A stretch of 64,000 nucleotides of DNA, from contig JAUZTB010000070.1 in NCBI GenBank assembly GCA_034780895.1, positions 12,025,419 through 12,089,418 on the forward strand, read 5' to 3'. Source of the DNA: Rhynchobatus australiae (lineage: Eukaryota). The position numbers were made by a program, and so were the translations under genes. This document shows, piece after piece, positions 10,927 to 23,959 of the stretch. Every line of letters begins with the position of its first letter. The first letter of the stretch is position 1. The notes under the pieces are model-generated. The model searched no databases. It was not told the origin of the DNA and was given only the letters and a program-made list of their open reading frames with translations.

Positions 10927-13900
10927 CTGTGGAGACAGGAGCCATCACTCTGATCATTTAAACTAATTGGGGTAACAATACCAACCCAGCAGGTCAGAGT
11001 GAATAATGAGCGGCTCCAAAACAACAACGAACCACGTCGTAGGTGAACAACAGGGCATGATTTGATGACCACCATTTCAGCAGTCACTCTCTGTACTGCC
11101 GCACAATAACCAAGAATCTATGCTAAGGTTTTTTGTCTGACAAACTTACCCCAGAATTCCAAACTGGGGTGCAAGATACAAAGGTTCACACAGAATGCTG
11201 GGAGATGCTTGTTAAGTGAACAGACGTGTGAAGTATGCTTACCTGCAAAGGGTGTGAATTTTGATTAAAATGAACATATGTGATGAAATGTGTCATTATC
11301 AACACTTTCTTGGCTAATGAGTGATTACTCTTGGCCAGGATTCTCCTAGTTAGATAGAGACATATATTGTGGTGCAAAAGCATTGCAATGTTTCATTGCT
11401 GTGCGGCAAAACATACTGCAGTAAATTACAAAGTAGGGACTACTGTATAGTGCAGTGTGCTGTAAGGAGCTTTCCATTATCAATGGGTATGCATACTGTC
11501 CAGTGTAATCAGTGTGCTGTGGAAAATATACCAGATTCCAAATGGTCAACTCTGCTTTACACCATTGTTATATCACATGAAATAACTTTTAAATAGAACC
11601 AACTGGGAATAGCAAAATGCTGCCATTTTCTTGTTATTTGCCACATAACTATCTTGTTATGATGAATGTTAAACCTATTGTTCTACATGTGTGCAATGCT
11701 GTCATTAGCAGGGTCTGGTTTGAGCCATAATAATACTTGCCTATTGAGCAACATCTGTTAGGAAACACCTGCCAAATTCTCATTTGTGCTACCGGGATGA
11801 ACCTGCATAGACTACATTAGAGCTGCATTGTAATCGATTGAGATTCAGGCTGGGAGAGATATTTCATGAGCTGGGTAGCTCAGACTTGCCAAATGTCTGC
11901 AGAGCCTGTTGACATCTTTCAGCTGTTTCTCATTAGATAATTTGTCCATAGTTCAGAAACGTATTAAATATCACATTTACACATCTCTTACCCCAGCAAT
12001 GTGAAACAATTTACTTTCTATTCTTTTTTTTTGTTGGGAGGAGGCAAATAGCACTGGGAAAGTACTTACCTGCTCCATCCTGACTTTCTCAGCACCCTGC
12101 AGCTGGAGGAGTTTCCAAGCCTTGGGAAACACAACTTAGAGGCACTAAATCTAACTTCTGGTAATATTTTAGGCAAACAGTCCTTTAAAATATCTAAAAT
12201 ATTCATGGACCTGGTTTTTAGTGAGCCAAATATTTGTCTGAAGTTGGAGGAATGTTTGGGTTGGGCTTATGATTTTTGAAATTTTAACCAACCTCAGCTC
12301 CCTTGTATTCTCCTGTCTATTCTGGTAGTAAAATGTTCCTGACAAATCGAAGAACCTGCAACTGGGAAACACTAAGTTTTTAATGTAACATAAAAATCCT
12401 TCAGAAAAGTTCAAAGGAGTAACAGTAAAGGTTTCTAAAAAAAGAATGCTTAAAAACTTGCAATTACAGCAGAAATATATTATCTGCACCTGAAAATCTG
12501 GTCAAAAATGTTGAGACCCTTATTAAAAAACACCAGTAATTGAGAGTTAAGGTGTGGTTCAGTTTTCTAGGAGATTTGATCAGATGTCAAATTTGATGCA
12601 TGAGGTTGGGAAATATGGAGCATTTTATGGTAGGGTGCATATCTCGCATCCCAAATTCTAAAGCCTTTAACATAATTACCTTGTCCCCAGATTCTACATT
12701 CACACTTTCTGAATAATTTTCCACCAACCCTTCATGTTCTGCATTAATCTCTGATGTGGTTAGCAAAGGCTCTCTGAAAGTCCCTGTATATCTTATCCAT
12801 TGCATTTCCCACATTCATCATATCTGTCACCACTTCAAAGAGCATGGTCAGTATAATAAAATATTAATCCCCTTTGTGGATCGTGCTACACACTGTGGAG
12901 TCACTTATGCTTGCCGTTATCAAGAGATTTAGCTGTGGATAAAAATATCCAAACAGGATGAAAAAAAGAATGAAGAAAACAACAGCACACATTATGTCTG
13001 GGATTGAAATTTGAATGTGGAGTCACCATCTAATGTAGGAAAACATTCAGACTAGGTTAGTTCACAATCCAGAACATTAATCAGATTGTGAGTTATGATG
13101 GTCTTCAAAGTTTCTTTCCTAGTTATTCTCCGGTGTAATCTGTTGGATTTTAATAGTGATGCTCAACGTCTACAAATTAATTCCTAATTTTTTTCATTTT
13201 CCCTTTTGTTCTTTCTCAAATGCATCACAGGTCATGGTTAGGTAACTGGCTTCAAGCTTTAAATTGGGTAATGCACACAATCTTCGATGATCAAATCCTA
13301 TTTAGATTGGTCACATCTATAAACATTTGCCCAGAAAGGCTGCCAAACTCTATCATGCTAGCTGCCAAAGTTATTAAGTCTCTTCCCAGTCATTATTGTT
13401 TAATATGAAAATTATGTGGGAAAATAGAAAAATAATTTTCTTATGGCATTGTAAGAGCTGCATATTAAGTCACCAGTAATTGAGCAGCTGGGAAAGGCCT
13501 GGGGGAGACTTATTGCTCCCAAGTCACTGATTTGAGCAAATATTTTAGTTTTTCAAGGAGTGACTTTCCACGTTGGGGTTAGTGGGATTGTTACACTGGA
13601 TCAGCGTTCCTGGCAGTCAGCACCACTTATTGTCAAATGTAATGATTATTTGAGCAAATATTGGAATCTTTTATGGATTAAAAGCCTGGAATTTAGCCTA
13701 AAGGCATTTCTGTGAAGGAGCTGAGGGATGAGGGGTTGGGTACACAGAAGGCTCTAGTTTTTAATATTCTGGGAAACCTAAAAGAACAAGTTTACAGGAT
13801 GTCCAACAGAACTTAACTGCAGTTTCCCTTAATTTCTTTGAGGGATCCTGCCCAGAAGATGGTGTGAAGGAATGGGAACCTGTCAGTGGGGACAAATGTA

Positions 13901-16900
13901 CTGAGAACTGGGTTGGTTTTTAGTGGGTAGTTTTATAGACTAGCAAAAACACTGTTGTTCCTTATGGCCCACAAGCACTTCTATGAAGTCTTTGCTACAT
14001 GGAACTGACCCATCTTGTTCTTTTTCAAAGTTTGTGCTTCCTGATTCTTGAAATAATGTTTCAAATGAAGGCAGGCAGTCCCATTATCAAATCTAAATGA
14101 CCAGCCTAATTTACAGGAGGTGATTCATCACCTACCCCACTGCTTAACTGGGAAGTGGGCACTTTTGAGTTGGTTTCACTGTCAATTACAGTTTTTTTGC
14201 ATTTGAACCTCTGATAATCCCCAACTCCCTGATGTTTGGGAAGTTTAGATCTCCAAGCAGACGTCTATGTGCTTTTGGAGTTTTTCATAAGGGAAGTAAA
14301 GTTACACTTCCTATTCAGGGAGGGCTATGTGTTTTTCTTTGGCTGTCGCTGTTATAGGGAGAAAAAGCTGTTCTTGTGGGAGCTTGAGTATGCTTAGAAA
14401 TCAAGTGAGCCAATGTCAGCTGCTGAGCATATTTTCTTCAGACCAAGAGGGAGAGTGTGAGTGCAAGAGAATAGAAAGCAGTGCAGTCAAGTGGTAGACA
14501 TGAGGTGCCTGTAAGGCACTTATCTTGATAGGGAGACTCCAATAATAATTGCAAACAATACTCCAACTCCGAAGAATATGTAGATTGTGATTGCTACAAC
14601 AACCTTCAAGTCATGTGATTGCTGCTAATTAGTAACTCTAAGAGCCAGTAATTATATATTATTTCTCAGCTGAATGCAACACACAGGTTGTCAAGTCACC
14701 TTGGAAACCATTTAGCCCTAAATAAATCCAACACCCTATTTGCCCACCATCTTCCCTTATTTCCCACACCTCCCGACAGTTGAGAAAAAAACCTTCAAAC
14801 GTGAGCTTATTAAACTTTCATAGAGCTCCAACTTCAAATACCCCACAACAGAAAGTCTTTACCAAATCGACTTCCTTGTTTGCAAGTGTATTAAATGACA
14901 GGCAAAAAGCATTTGTGATAAGAGTCATGGGTCACCAAGAGCACTTCTTGGGTTGTTTCTTTTTCTTGCACCTTCACTTACTCTGTCTTGCATAACAATT
15001 AGGTAATTCAAGTGCTGGAATGAATATAGAGTTTCTTGGTTTGAAGGATGGAAGAGAGAAAGATGTGGGATAAATAGAAGTTTTGGTTATCCAGGATCAA
15101 AACTCCATCTAACTTGGGCCCAAAGTTCTGTCTGAATCTTCAGCTCTAACACTGAAACACTAGCTATCGTAGTTTCTTTCTTAAAATGTTATGAATAGAC
15201 ATGCTCAATGTGTGAATGACCACTGACATCATGAAAACTACACGTCTTGTGGCTAAAAGCCTTCCTTTATTTGTTCTAAACAGACTTCACCAGAAAGAAA
15301 AAAATCTCATTGATAGACGAGGTAAAATTATGCTTGACATCATGATGCGGATTAATACACCTGGCTCTCATTCCCCACCATGAAGGTTCAGTAAAGACAC
15401 ACTCTTAAAGAAAAACATTTGTGAGAGTCCAAACAAACTGCACTGGGACCTTTTGGTCAGGATGGGGTTAAGAAACTCACTGCGTGTGCACGGAATAATT
15501 CTGACATATTTTTGCACATTGTGCAGAAATTCATGCCCCAGGAGCCTGGAAGGTTTGGCCACATTTTGAAACAATTACTTCTGATTACCAGCCCTCAATT
15601 TAAACCACATCTGCATCATTCTTCACTTAGTAATCGGTTTAAATGTAGCTACACATCAAAAGTTTTTTCGGTGAAGTTTGAAATGTGAGTGGAGCTCCTG
15701 TACCTTGAAGGCATTCCATGTTCTTTTAGCATCATTCCACTTCCTGCAGTACTGCCCGAGTACACACAGAGAAAAGAAGGAGTACTTTAATCCTGCTTCT
15801 CATTCCCTGACTTCTACACAAAAGATTTCTTTCTTTAGGAGTTCTGAAATTTAAGGTTGGAAAATGGTAAAGACCCCCACCCACACCAACCCCTGACTTG
15901 CGGTTTTGAGCTAGTGCTCTCGTGCTTGGTTCCCACCCTGCGAATTATCCAATCCCAGCCTGAGTCATTCCTTAAACTTGAGGAAAGAAAAGGGAATGAG
16001 TTCCCACCTGATGATTATTCCGTGACTCTTAGTGGAAAATGCTCTGGTGAGGAAGCTGGGTGAAAGGATCACTGGGTACAGCGATAATTCTGAAACTTGA
16101 ATCCCCTGTGCGACATTCACTAATCAGATGATACAATGCATGGCCACTCCATCCAGCCAGTGATGAGTAGGCAGTCTGGATAGCTGAAGCTCAGCAAGAC
16201 ACAGTGCCTAAATGATGGCATACCCCACAATTTTCACCTAGGCAAATGCACTATCGAAAAACCTAGTGCTCTGAGAACTGTATCTCGATGAAGGTCAACA
16301 TCAAGGATACTAATTCCAACAAGGGTAATGGCTAGAGAACTATAGCCAACTGAGAGTTTCTTCCTTGCAGGTAGTACCTCAGCAAGGTGTCTGAGAGACA
16401 ATCCCCAGTGATGTTCAATGCCTAGGGAACAATACCCACAACATACAATGCCTCACCAACAGTATCCAAATAAGAGTTGGTGCCAGTGAGCATCAGCACC
16501 TGAAGTGTGGTATCCAAGTGAAGGCCAGCACTGGGACTGTGAGCATCAGCACATGGGGACCAGTAGCCCAGTGAGTAGTAACGTCTTAGAGACTGTAGTC
16601 CAGTGACAGTCAGCACCCAGCGCATGTGAAGAGATTTTTTTTCTCAAGGAGAGTAGGGCTGTGCATAACATGAGAAGTGGAAGGATAAATTAATGAAATT
16701 TCAGGGAGTTACTAATTGAATAAGAACATTTGCTGAGATTCAGCCAAAGAGCAGTTGTTGCCCTGAGTGGTAAAAAATAACACAAGCACACATTGAGGCA
16801 ATCATTTTTTTGAATATTTTCCATATTACTGTGTTCCAATCACTATCCAAAGGAATCATAGAAAAGTTACAGCTGCTGGCCATTTGGCCCTTTATGTTTG

Positions 16901-16959
16901 GGTCAGATAAAAATAATCTACCTAACCTAATCCTAAATTTTATGACTAGATCTGCAGCC

Positions 16960-17360
16960 CCACAGGTCAAAGAGTTCAAGTATATACCCAGTCATCTTTT
17001 ACATGTGATGAGGGTTTCTGCCTCCACTGCCTTTCAAGCAGTAAGTTCCAGACTCCTAGTCTGGCTCCCTTCTAATCCTACTAACAATTATCTTAGATCT
17101 ATGCCCCTTTGTTTTTGTCCCCTCTGCAAAGGGAAATAGGTCCTTCTTACTCACTCTATCCAGGTCCCTCATTTTTTTTTACACAACTCAACTAAATCTC
17201 CCCTTGGCCTACCAGATTATCCAGTCTTTGCTCATGCTATAATTTTCCAGTCTTGGCATCATCTTAGTAAATCTCCTCTCCACTCTCTCCAGTGAAAACA
17301 CATCTTTCCTACAACGTGGTGAGTAGAAATGTACACAGTGCTCAAGCTGTGGATCTATCA
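16960..17360 (-). mobile_element. CR1-type LINE 3' fragment
   Basis: Similar to 34110-34500 (aaatctcctctccactctctccag...ggtgagtagaaatgtacacagtgctc). Confidence 0.6.
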
Positions 17361-19289
17361 AAAGCTATGGAAGGAATGGTATGTCCAACAGGCTTCTTCC
17401 TCCAAGTGCCCTGGAACAAATCCCAGTAAAATAAACTGGGACAGTGAAAGGCAAACCTTCGGAAACTATTTACGGTACAGCAAGAAATGGGTTATTTAAG
17501 TACACACACTTATACATATACACAAACACACAAAGATCAGTATTTTATTTAGTATACATCTTGCTCTGATTTTAACACTGCTAGATAATTTAATATCCTC
17601 CAGTAAGGTTTCATTCTTGTAGCTACATCCATTCCACAGGCTTAAGAAAATGTACTATTTTACTAGGTACTGGAAAAATATGAACCACAGATACACGCAG
17701 CAACAGTTCAGTTTCCCCACTTGGTGTATTCTCCCCCTAACAAGGCCTCTGGGTCTGAATGGTTTCATCTACTTATACTCACTCCATTCTCCCCTCACTA
17801 TGGCAGACACTCTGCTTTAGGGACAGTCAGTGGCACAATTCGTACCTGTTTTGAGGAATGATCTTCCCCACTCCACCCACTGACCCCTACCTGCCCCATA
17901 CCCTGCAAATGCATTAAGCATAAAATCAACCTCAAGTCAACACAAATAGGTAATTTTAAAAAATATTTTATTTTTTTCCAAGGACATTCCTTGATATATT
18001 TAAAAGTGTTGACTTGGTAAAGATTGATTAATTCAGTCTAAAATTAATTTATTAAACTAAGCAGTCTTAATCACCATGTGAATAATCCATTTTTAAATTA
18101 CTGAAAATGAATTTTAGAAAATATATATACATACTTGCTCATTGCATTGAGCTACATTTAATTTCATAGGAAATTAAAATAAATTGCATCCAAATATTTA
18201 TAGAAAAATTAGCAGAAACTTTAATTGGCATTAATTTGATCTGTGACCACAGTGGGTGGGGCTGACTGCTAGACTGATGTATTTTAAACTGGTACAAAAC
18301 AAAATAACAGAAACTTGATTTGTATTGAACATAATTAATGCTTAAACTCATGTAGCCTCTCAAAGGGATTACCTCAATTTAGGGTAAAAAGCTGAAGGAA
18401 ACCAGTACAACCTAGTGGAAATTCAACCCTGCTGTTGTTTCTGACATCACATAGAAATGGCTTAACTTTTAATTAGATAAGCCTAACTAAGAAGGCCAGC
18501 TCACAGACAACAGACTCTCTCAGACTGCCTCCTGACAAGGGCTATTTCTGTGTTTCTTGGCATAAAGCATGACAGTGCACACAACTATCTTGTGTTTTGT
18601 CTCTCCCATGTAGAGATTGGTTAAAGAACAAAACAATGATAAAAGGAAATGTTTTTTCTGAAATGTTTGGAAAGTGTGTGTGTGCTGATTTTTAATAAAC
18701 AGCTTTATTAGACCCTTATGTGTGTATTAAAAGGGGTAAAACTATCCTGCAACACAAGAATTCCATGATTCATTTTCCAGCTGGTTAATATTGTAGTACT
18801 CATGGGGACTGTTGTAACTTCAGTATAACTTACATTTTTAATAGATTTGATCTAGAGTATGTATTCCAACAACTAGTGGTAGAGATTGCTGGGTGGTTAT
18901 AATTATTTTATCAGCTTTTATTAAGTTCTTTTTATTAATGACTCAAATAAGTGTGATTTGATATGTCTTATGTTCTATCCCATTTGTTTACTAAATCTTG
19001 TTCACTAAATGGCATACATTTAATTATAATTGTTGAATAACAACACTTAAATACAATTAAATTGCTTATTTCAATAACCTCTATTATATTTAATAAATGA
19101 GGATGGACAATAAAAGCTGGTCTCACCAGCAATGCCCACACCCTGAAAAATTAATTTAAAAATGTTCATGAATTCCATAAATGAACTTCACTATGTAGTG
19201 TGCATTAAATTACATTTATTAAATGGTATCTGCCACTGTCCCCTTTATTCCACGGACTTCAAATTTGTTGATAAGTTTGTTTTGTGCCA

Positions 19290-19965
19290 CTTTATCAAGA
19301 TTGATCCTCAGCTTCCCAGTTGCCTGTAACCTCAACATTCTATTGCACTCCTACTTGACCTCTCTGTCTCTGGTCTGTTATAGTATTCCAACAAAGCCCA
19401 GCGAGGCTCAAAGAACACCATTTCATCTTCTAACAGCACTAAGCTCTCAGAATTTAACATCTACTCCAAATCATCAACCTTTCCAGTCTGCATCACAACT
19501 AGCTAGTTGTGATGCAAGATTGTCCACAGATATTAACTGTGTTTCTCTCTCCACAGATGCTGCCTGACCTGACAAGGATTTCTAGCATTGTTTTTATTTC
19601 ATGTTCCCAGTATCTGCAATGTTTGCTTCTCAAGTGTGTATCTTACATTTTCACCATGGTCTTTTCCCTTTTGTTCCCTCTTCTCCTATTTTAAAATTGT
19701 TTCCTTCCATTTGTATCAATAATGAACAATCCTTCACCAGCGTCGCTCAGCTGGCACCATCACCACTTGCCTCACTCTCCTGGTCTCCCATCCTATCACA
19801 GACATCCCCCTTTGTTCTTTCCACGCCTCTTTCTCTACAACTTAAAATATGTTACATTTCCAAGCTTTCAGTTCTGATAAAGGTCATCAACTGGTTGACT
19901 TTGTTTCTCTCCACAGATGCTGCCCAACCTGATGAGTACTTCCAGCACTTCTTGTCTTTATGATT
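19290..19965 (+). mobile_element. Decayed Penelope-like 3' end with two tandem terminal repeats
   Basis: GIY-YIG C-terminal-like sequence (ccagttgcctgt...gacctctctgtctctggtctg...gaacaccatttcatctt) is followed by two copies of tttctctccacagatgctgcc...ccagca, at about 19505-19625 and 19865-19960. Confidence 0.65.
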
Positions 19966-21319
19966 TAACATTTTTAGGGTTTTGTTGTTTTTCAATTACT
20001 AGTTATGTCACTGACACTTCTCTTCCAGGAATACTTACTTTGAAGAAACTCTGCTCCTAATGGGTTTCCATTTGTCCCTTTTACCTTGTTAACCCTAATA
20101 GGATTCACTTTTTGCTTTTCCAAATGAAAAACACCACCTATAATATCCTCATCTTTTCTCCGCTACCACATCCAAAATCTTAAATCAAGTTAGTCAAGCA
20201 TGACTGGCCTTCTACAAATCTTTGTTATTTTTTCTTTATTAGTCCATATTTGTCCAATTGACTGTTAATCTTATCACTGATCATGGCTTTTGGCAGCTTC
20301 TACCCCAAAGTTAAAGTGTCTGGCCTGTGGTTTATCTTTACAATCCTCTTTTGAAGAAGTGTACAATCCTCTGACACTACACCAGAAGATTGGAAACTTA
20401 TGGCCAGTGCCAATTAATAAATAGCTGAAAAAAATGTTGCACTAAGGAGATTTCTGGGGAACTGATTACTGGAACAAACTGTACAGGTGTCACATCAACA
20501 GTGATAGGCCAAATATCATCACAGGGAGGTCCGAAGATACTGTTGGGGTGAGCGTGTATCACCTTGGCAGGCAAGTGGAAGCCTGAGCTTACAGTCATAA
20601 AGGAGTGGGGCAAAACTGGAAAAGGTAGGAAATTAGCAAGCTTACTGGAAAGTAGAGGAAACAAAAAGTTGGCAAACAGACAAAAAAAGAGTTTGGGAGT
20701 ACATAATGGTATTTACTTTAATGCGAAGAACATAGTGAATAAGACAGATGAGTTGAGGAAATGGTTGGACTGGAAAAGATATGATTTCCTAGCTATTAAT
20801 GAAACAGGGCTTAACAGAGGACAGGAATGCCAGCTCAACATTGCTGATTTCAGATCTTTCAGACAAGATAGAGAGAAAAACATGAAGGGTTAGTGAGGTG
20901 GGAGGAGGGAAATTGTAAATTGGTTAAAGAAACAATTATAATCGAAGAAAAATTATAGATGAAAAGGGATAATATGCTATTAAGGACCCTCAAAATAAGC
21001 CAAATGGGCTCAATTCAAAAACAAAAAATAGAAGCAAATTGCTGGGAGCATACTACAGGTCCCCAAATAATCAGTGAGATTAATAAGTTATTCAATCTCT
21101 GAGAAGTTCAACAGCAATGCTGCAGTAATAGTAGTGATTTCAATGTTCCTAATCTAGACAGGAATCAGTGCAAAAGGTATGGATGGCACAGTATTTTTCA
21201 ACCAGATTGTAGTAAGCCTAAGAAGAGAGGCATCTGCTCCAGACTTAGCTTTTGTGAATGAAGCTGGGCAGAGGGCAGGTGTATCAATGGGACAGCATTT
21301 TGATCATAATGATCTTTAT

Positions 21320-21670
21320 ACCCTTTTATTATACAAGAGGTCCATTCAAGGAATATGTAACGGCAGTACAGAAGCAGTCTTTGAGCCGGTGGTATGTGTT
21401 TTCAAGCTTTTGTATCCTCTGCCCAATATAAGGGGAGAGAAAAGAGAATATCTAGGGTGGGTGGGGTCTTTGATTATGTTGGTTGTTTTCCCAAGGCAGT
21501 GGAAAATATAAACAGAATCAATGGAGGGGAGGCTGGTTTTCATGATGGACTAAGTTGTGTCCAAACTCTGCAATTTCTTGCAGTCTTGGGCAGAGCTGTT
21601 GCTAAGCTGTGACACATCCAGATTGGATTCTTCCTATGGGGCATCTATAAAAATTGGTGAGGGTCAACAG
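21320..21670 (-). mobile_element. Rex1/Babar 3' fragment nested in CR1
   Basis: ORF 21346..21543 contains CLGKTTNIIKDPTHPRYSLFSPLILGRGYKSLKTHTT. Confidence 0.8.
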
Positions 21671-22047
21671 GGTATAGAAAAAGTGCGGTAATGAAATTAA
21701 AAAGGAATTTAGAAAGGGCAAGTGAAGGAATGAAAATCGTCAAGTAAAATCAAGGAAAACTTAAATGTGTTTTACAAATACATAAAGAGGTAATCTCTGT
21801 GTGAAGGGCAAGATATATGGTTCGACAGAAAGGGCTTGTTACTGGCATCATGAAAGAGTGGAATGATGCAAACTTTGTAGTTAAGGAGGAGATGTATGAA
21901 TTATTGGATGTCATAAAATTAGGGAGAGAAAAAAATGAGAGAGATTTAGTCTTTCTTAAAAGCACATAAATCACCAGGTCTGGATTGTTAAGGGAAACAA
22001 GGAAGGAAATATTGAGAAGTTCAGACTTTAATTTTCCAATGCTTAGC

Positions 22048-22200
22048 AAAAAAAATACTGGAAATACTCAGCTGGTAAGACAACATCTGTGCAGAAAGAT
22101 AATGCTTCAGGTCGACAGTTATTGTCTGACCTGCTGAGAATTCCCAGCATTTTGTTTTTAATTTCAGATTTCTAACATCTGCAGTGTTCTGATTTTGGAT
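22048..22200. mobile_element. Inverted pair of Penelope-type terminal repeats
   Basis: aaatactggaaatactcagc...catctgt (minus) is followed by tgtctgacctgctgagaattcccagcatttt...catctgcag (plus). Confidence 0.65.
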
Positions 22201-22849
22201 TACTTTTTAATCCTTTCTGCCTGTAGTCATGGTATCAGAGGAATGGAAGACCTCTAATTTGGTATTGTTATTTAAAAAAAATGGGGAAAGGGCATGATTA
22301 CAGATGAGTTACACATTAGAATCAAGGACAATCAGCATGGGTTCATTAAGAAAAACCTGACTGAATATTTTGAGGGGTAAGGAGGAGAGTTGATGAGGCA
22401 GTATATTTCATGAACTTTAACAAGGCCTTTGATGGAGTCAGAAACGTAAAAGAACTTGGGTTCCAAGTCGCAAGTTGGATGCAAAATTGGGACTGTGGCA
22501 GAAAGCAAAGAGTGATGGCTGCTTAAGTGATTGATGTTTGCTGAGGGTCTTATTAGGGCTTAGTTCTGTTTCTTACCCTTAGATACATGTCAAGAATTGA
22601 GACTTTTAAATATAGGGTGCAAGGTAAGTATGGTTGCAGATGATGCAAAGATCAGCGGTATGGTTGATGCCAAGTTAGAAAGCAGCAGATTTCGAACAGT
22701 TGGCAGTGGTCTTGGCCCAACATATGGAAAAAAGAAAATGGATTCAATCCAGAGAGTGAGAAATGTGGATGAACAGAAGGACTTTGAAGTGAATGCCCAC
22801 TGATCCCTGGACATGCAGATAATGTAGTTCACATGCAGACATGCAAATG

Positions 22850-23170
22850 GATTAAGAGCAAGAATAAACCACTCCACCCTTCAAGCCTGCTCACCATTCA
22901 ATAAGATCATGACTGATCTGAATGTCATCTCAAATGTAATCTTAATTTCACATTCCTGTCTACCCAAAGTAATATTTCCTCTCCCCACTCATCAATAATC
23001 CACTCACCTCTGCCTTACACATATTGTTTCCACTACCTTTGCAAGAAAAGATTCCCAAAGACTCAACCTCAGAGAAAAAACATCTCACCTCAAGAACATT
23101 TTAAATGGGTCACTTCATATTTTTAAACAGTGATCCTCAGTTCTGGCTTTTCCCATAAGAGGAAACATCA
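22850..23170 (-). mobile_element. CR1-type 3' tail fragment
   Basis: cccttcaagcctgctcaccattcaataagatcatgactgatctg is a reverse-strand CR1 3' UTR, similar to 61750-62040. Confidence 0.55.
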
Positions 23171-23959
23171 TATAAACTGTTCATTAATTCATATTTGTTA
23201 AATAGTGAACATTAAAAGATAACATTAAATTTTGTTCAATACATTCACTAAATAACTTCCACTGAATGGAGTTCATTATTCAATCTTTACTAAAATCTGA
23301 TCATTAGATAACTTCTGGTGAATTACATGCAGTTAATAATAATTGATGGCATTCATTAATGTCTTTCAATAAATGGCAAATCAATAAATTTCATTTGTAG
23401 CTTTCTCTCATTAAATCCAGATCATTAAATGACCTTTGATAATGAGCAGGCATTAAAATGTTAAATGGCCTTCCTTAAATCCTGTTTATTAAATTCTATT
23501 AATTCAATAGGCATTATTAGATTTTACTAATTGATTTAAATGCCATTTATTAGATAGGGCTCACTAAACTGCATTTATTATGTCAGTTCTTGGTCTTCTT
23601 TACTTAATATTCATTAAGTGATAATCATTAATAACGTTTGTTACAGCACTAATGATAATGTCACATTAAATAGCATGCATTCAGTTGCATTTATTGAGAC
23701 ATTCAATAACAGATATATATTATTTGTTATTACTTAAAAGGAATTATATAAAATGAACATGGATTTGAATCATTCATAGATAAATTTCTTTAAATTACAT
23801 CCAATCAATACTGTTTCTCAAGTGTGTCACTATTGCAAAATAGGAAACATGGCTGTCAATTGCATACAGGATGCCTCATAAGAACAGTGAGACCTATAAC
23901 AGATAATGTACTTTGGATTTCTTTTTAAAATAACAATGTTAGTTGAAAGATAAATATTA

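Larger units (their letters stand above)
20690..22850 (+). mobile_element. Degenerate CR1 LINE ORF2 (endonuclease to RT), interrupted by Rex1 and a Penelope repeat pair
   Basis: APE motif GIYFNAKNIVNKTDEL...YDFLAINETGL (ORF 20564..20893) and RT-like VSMVADDAKISGMVD (ORF 22597..22803). Confidence 0.7.

Noticed and set aside
12060-12130. Strong minus-strand donor-like site (CAG|GTAAGT) suggesting an extra fibrillin exon; similar sites near 11240 and 57915
   Set aside because: I found no Cys-rich fibrillin-like frame upstream, and the known exons already join in frame without it.
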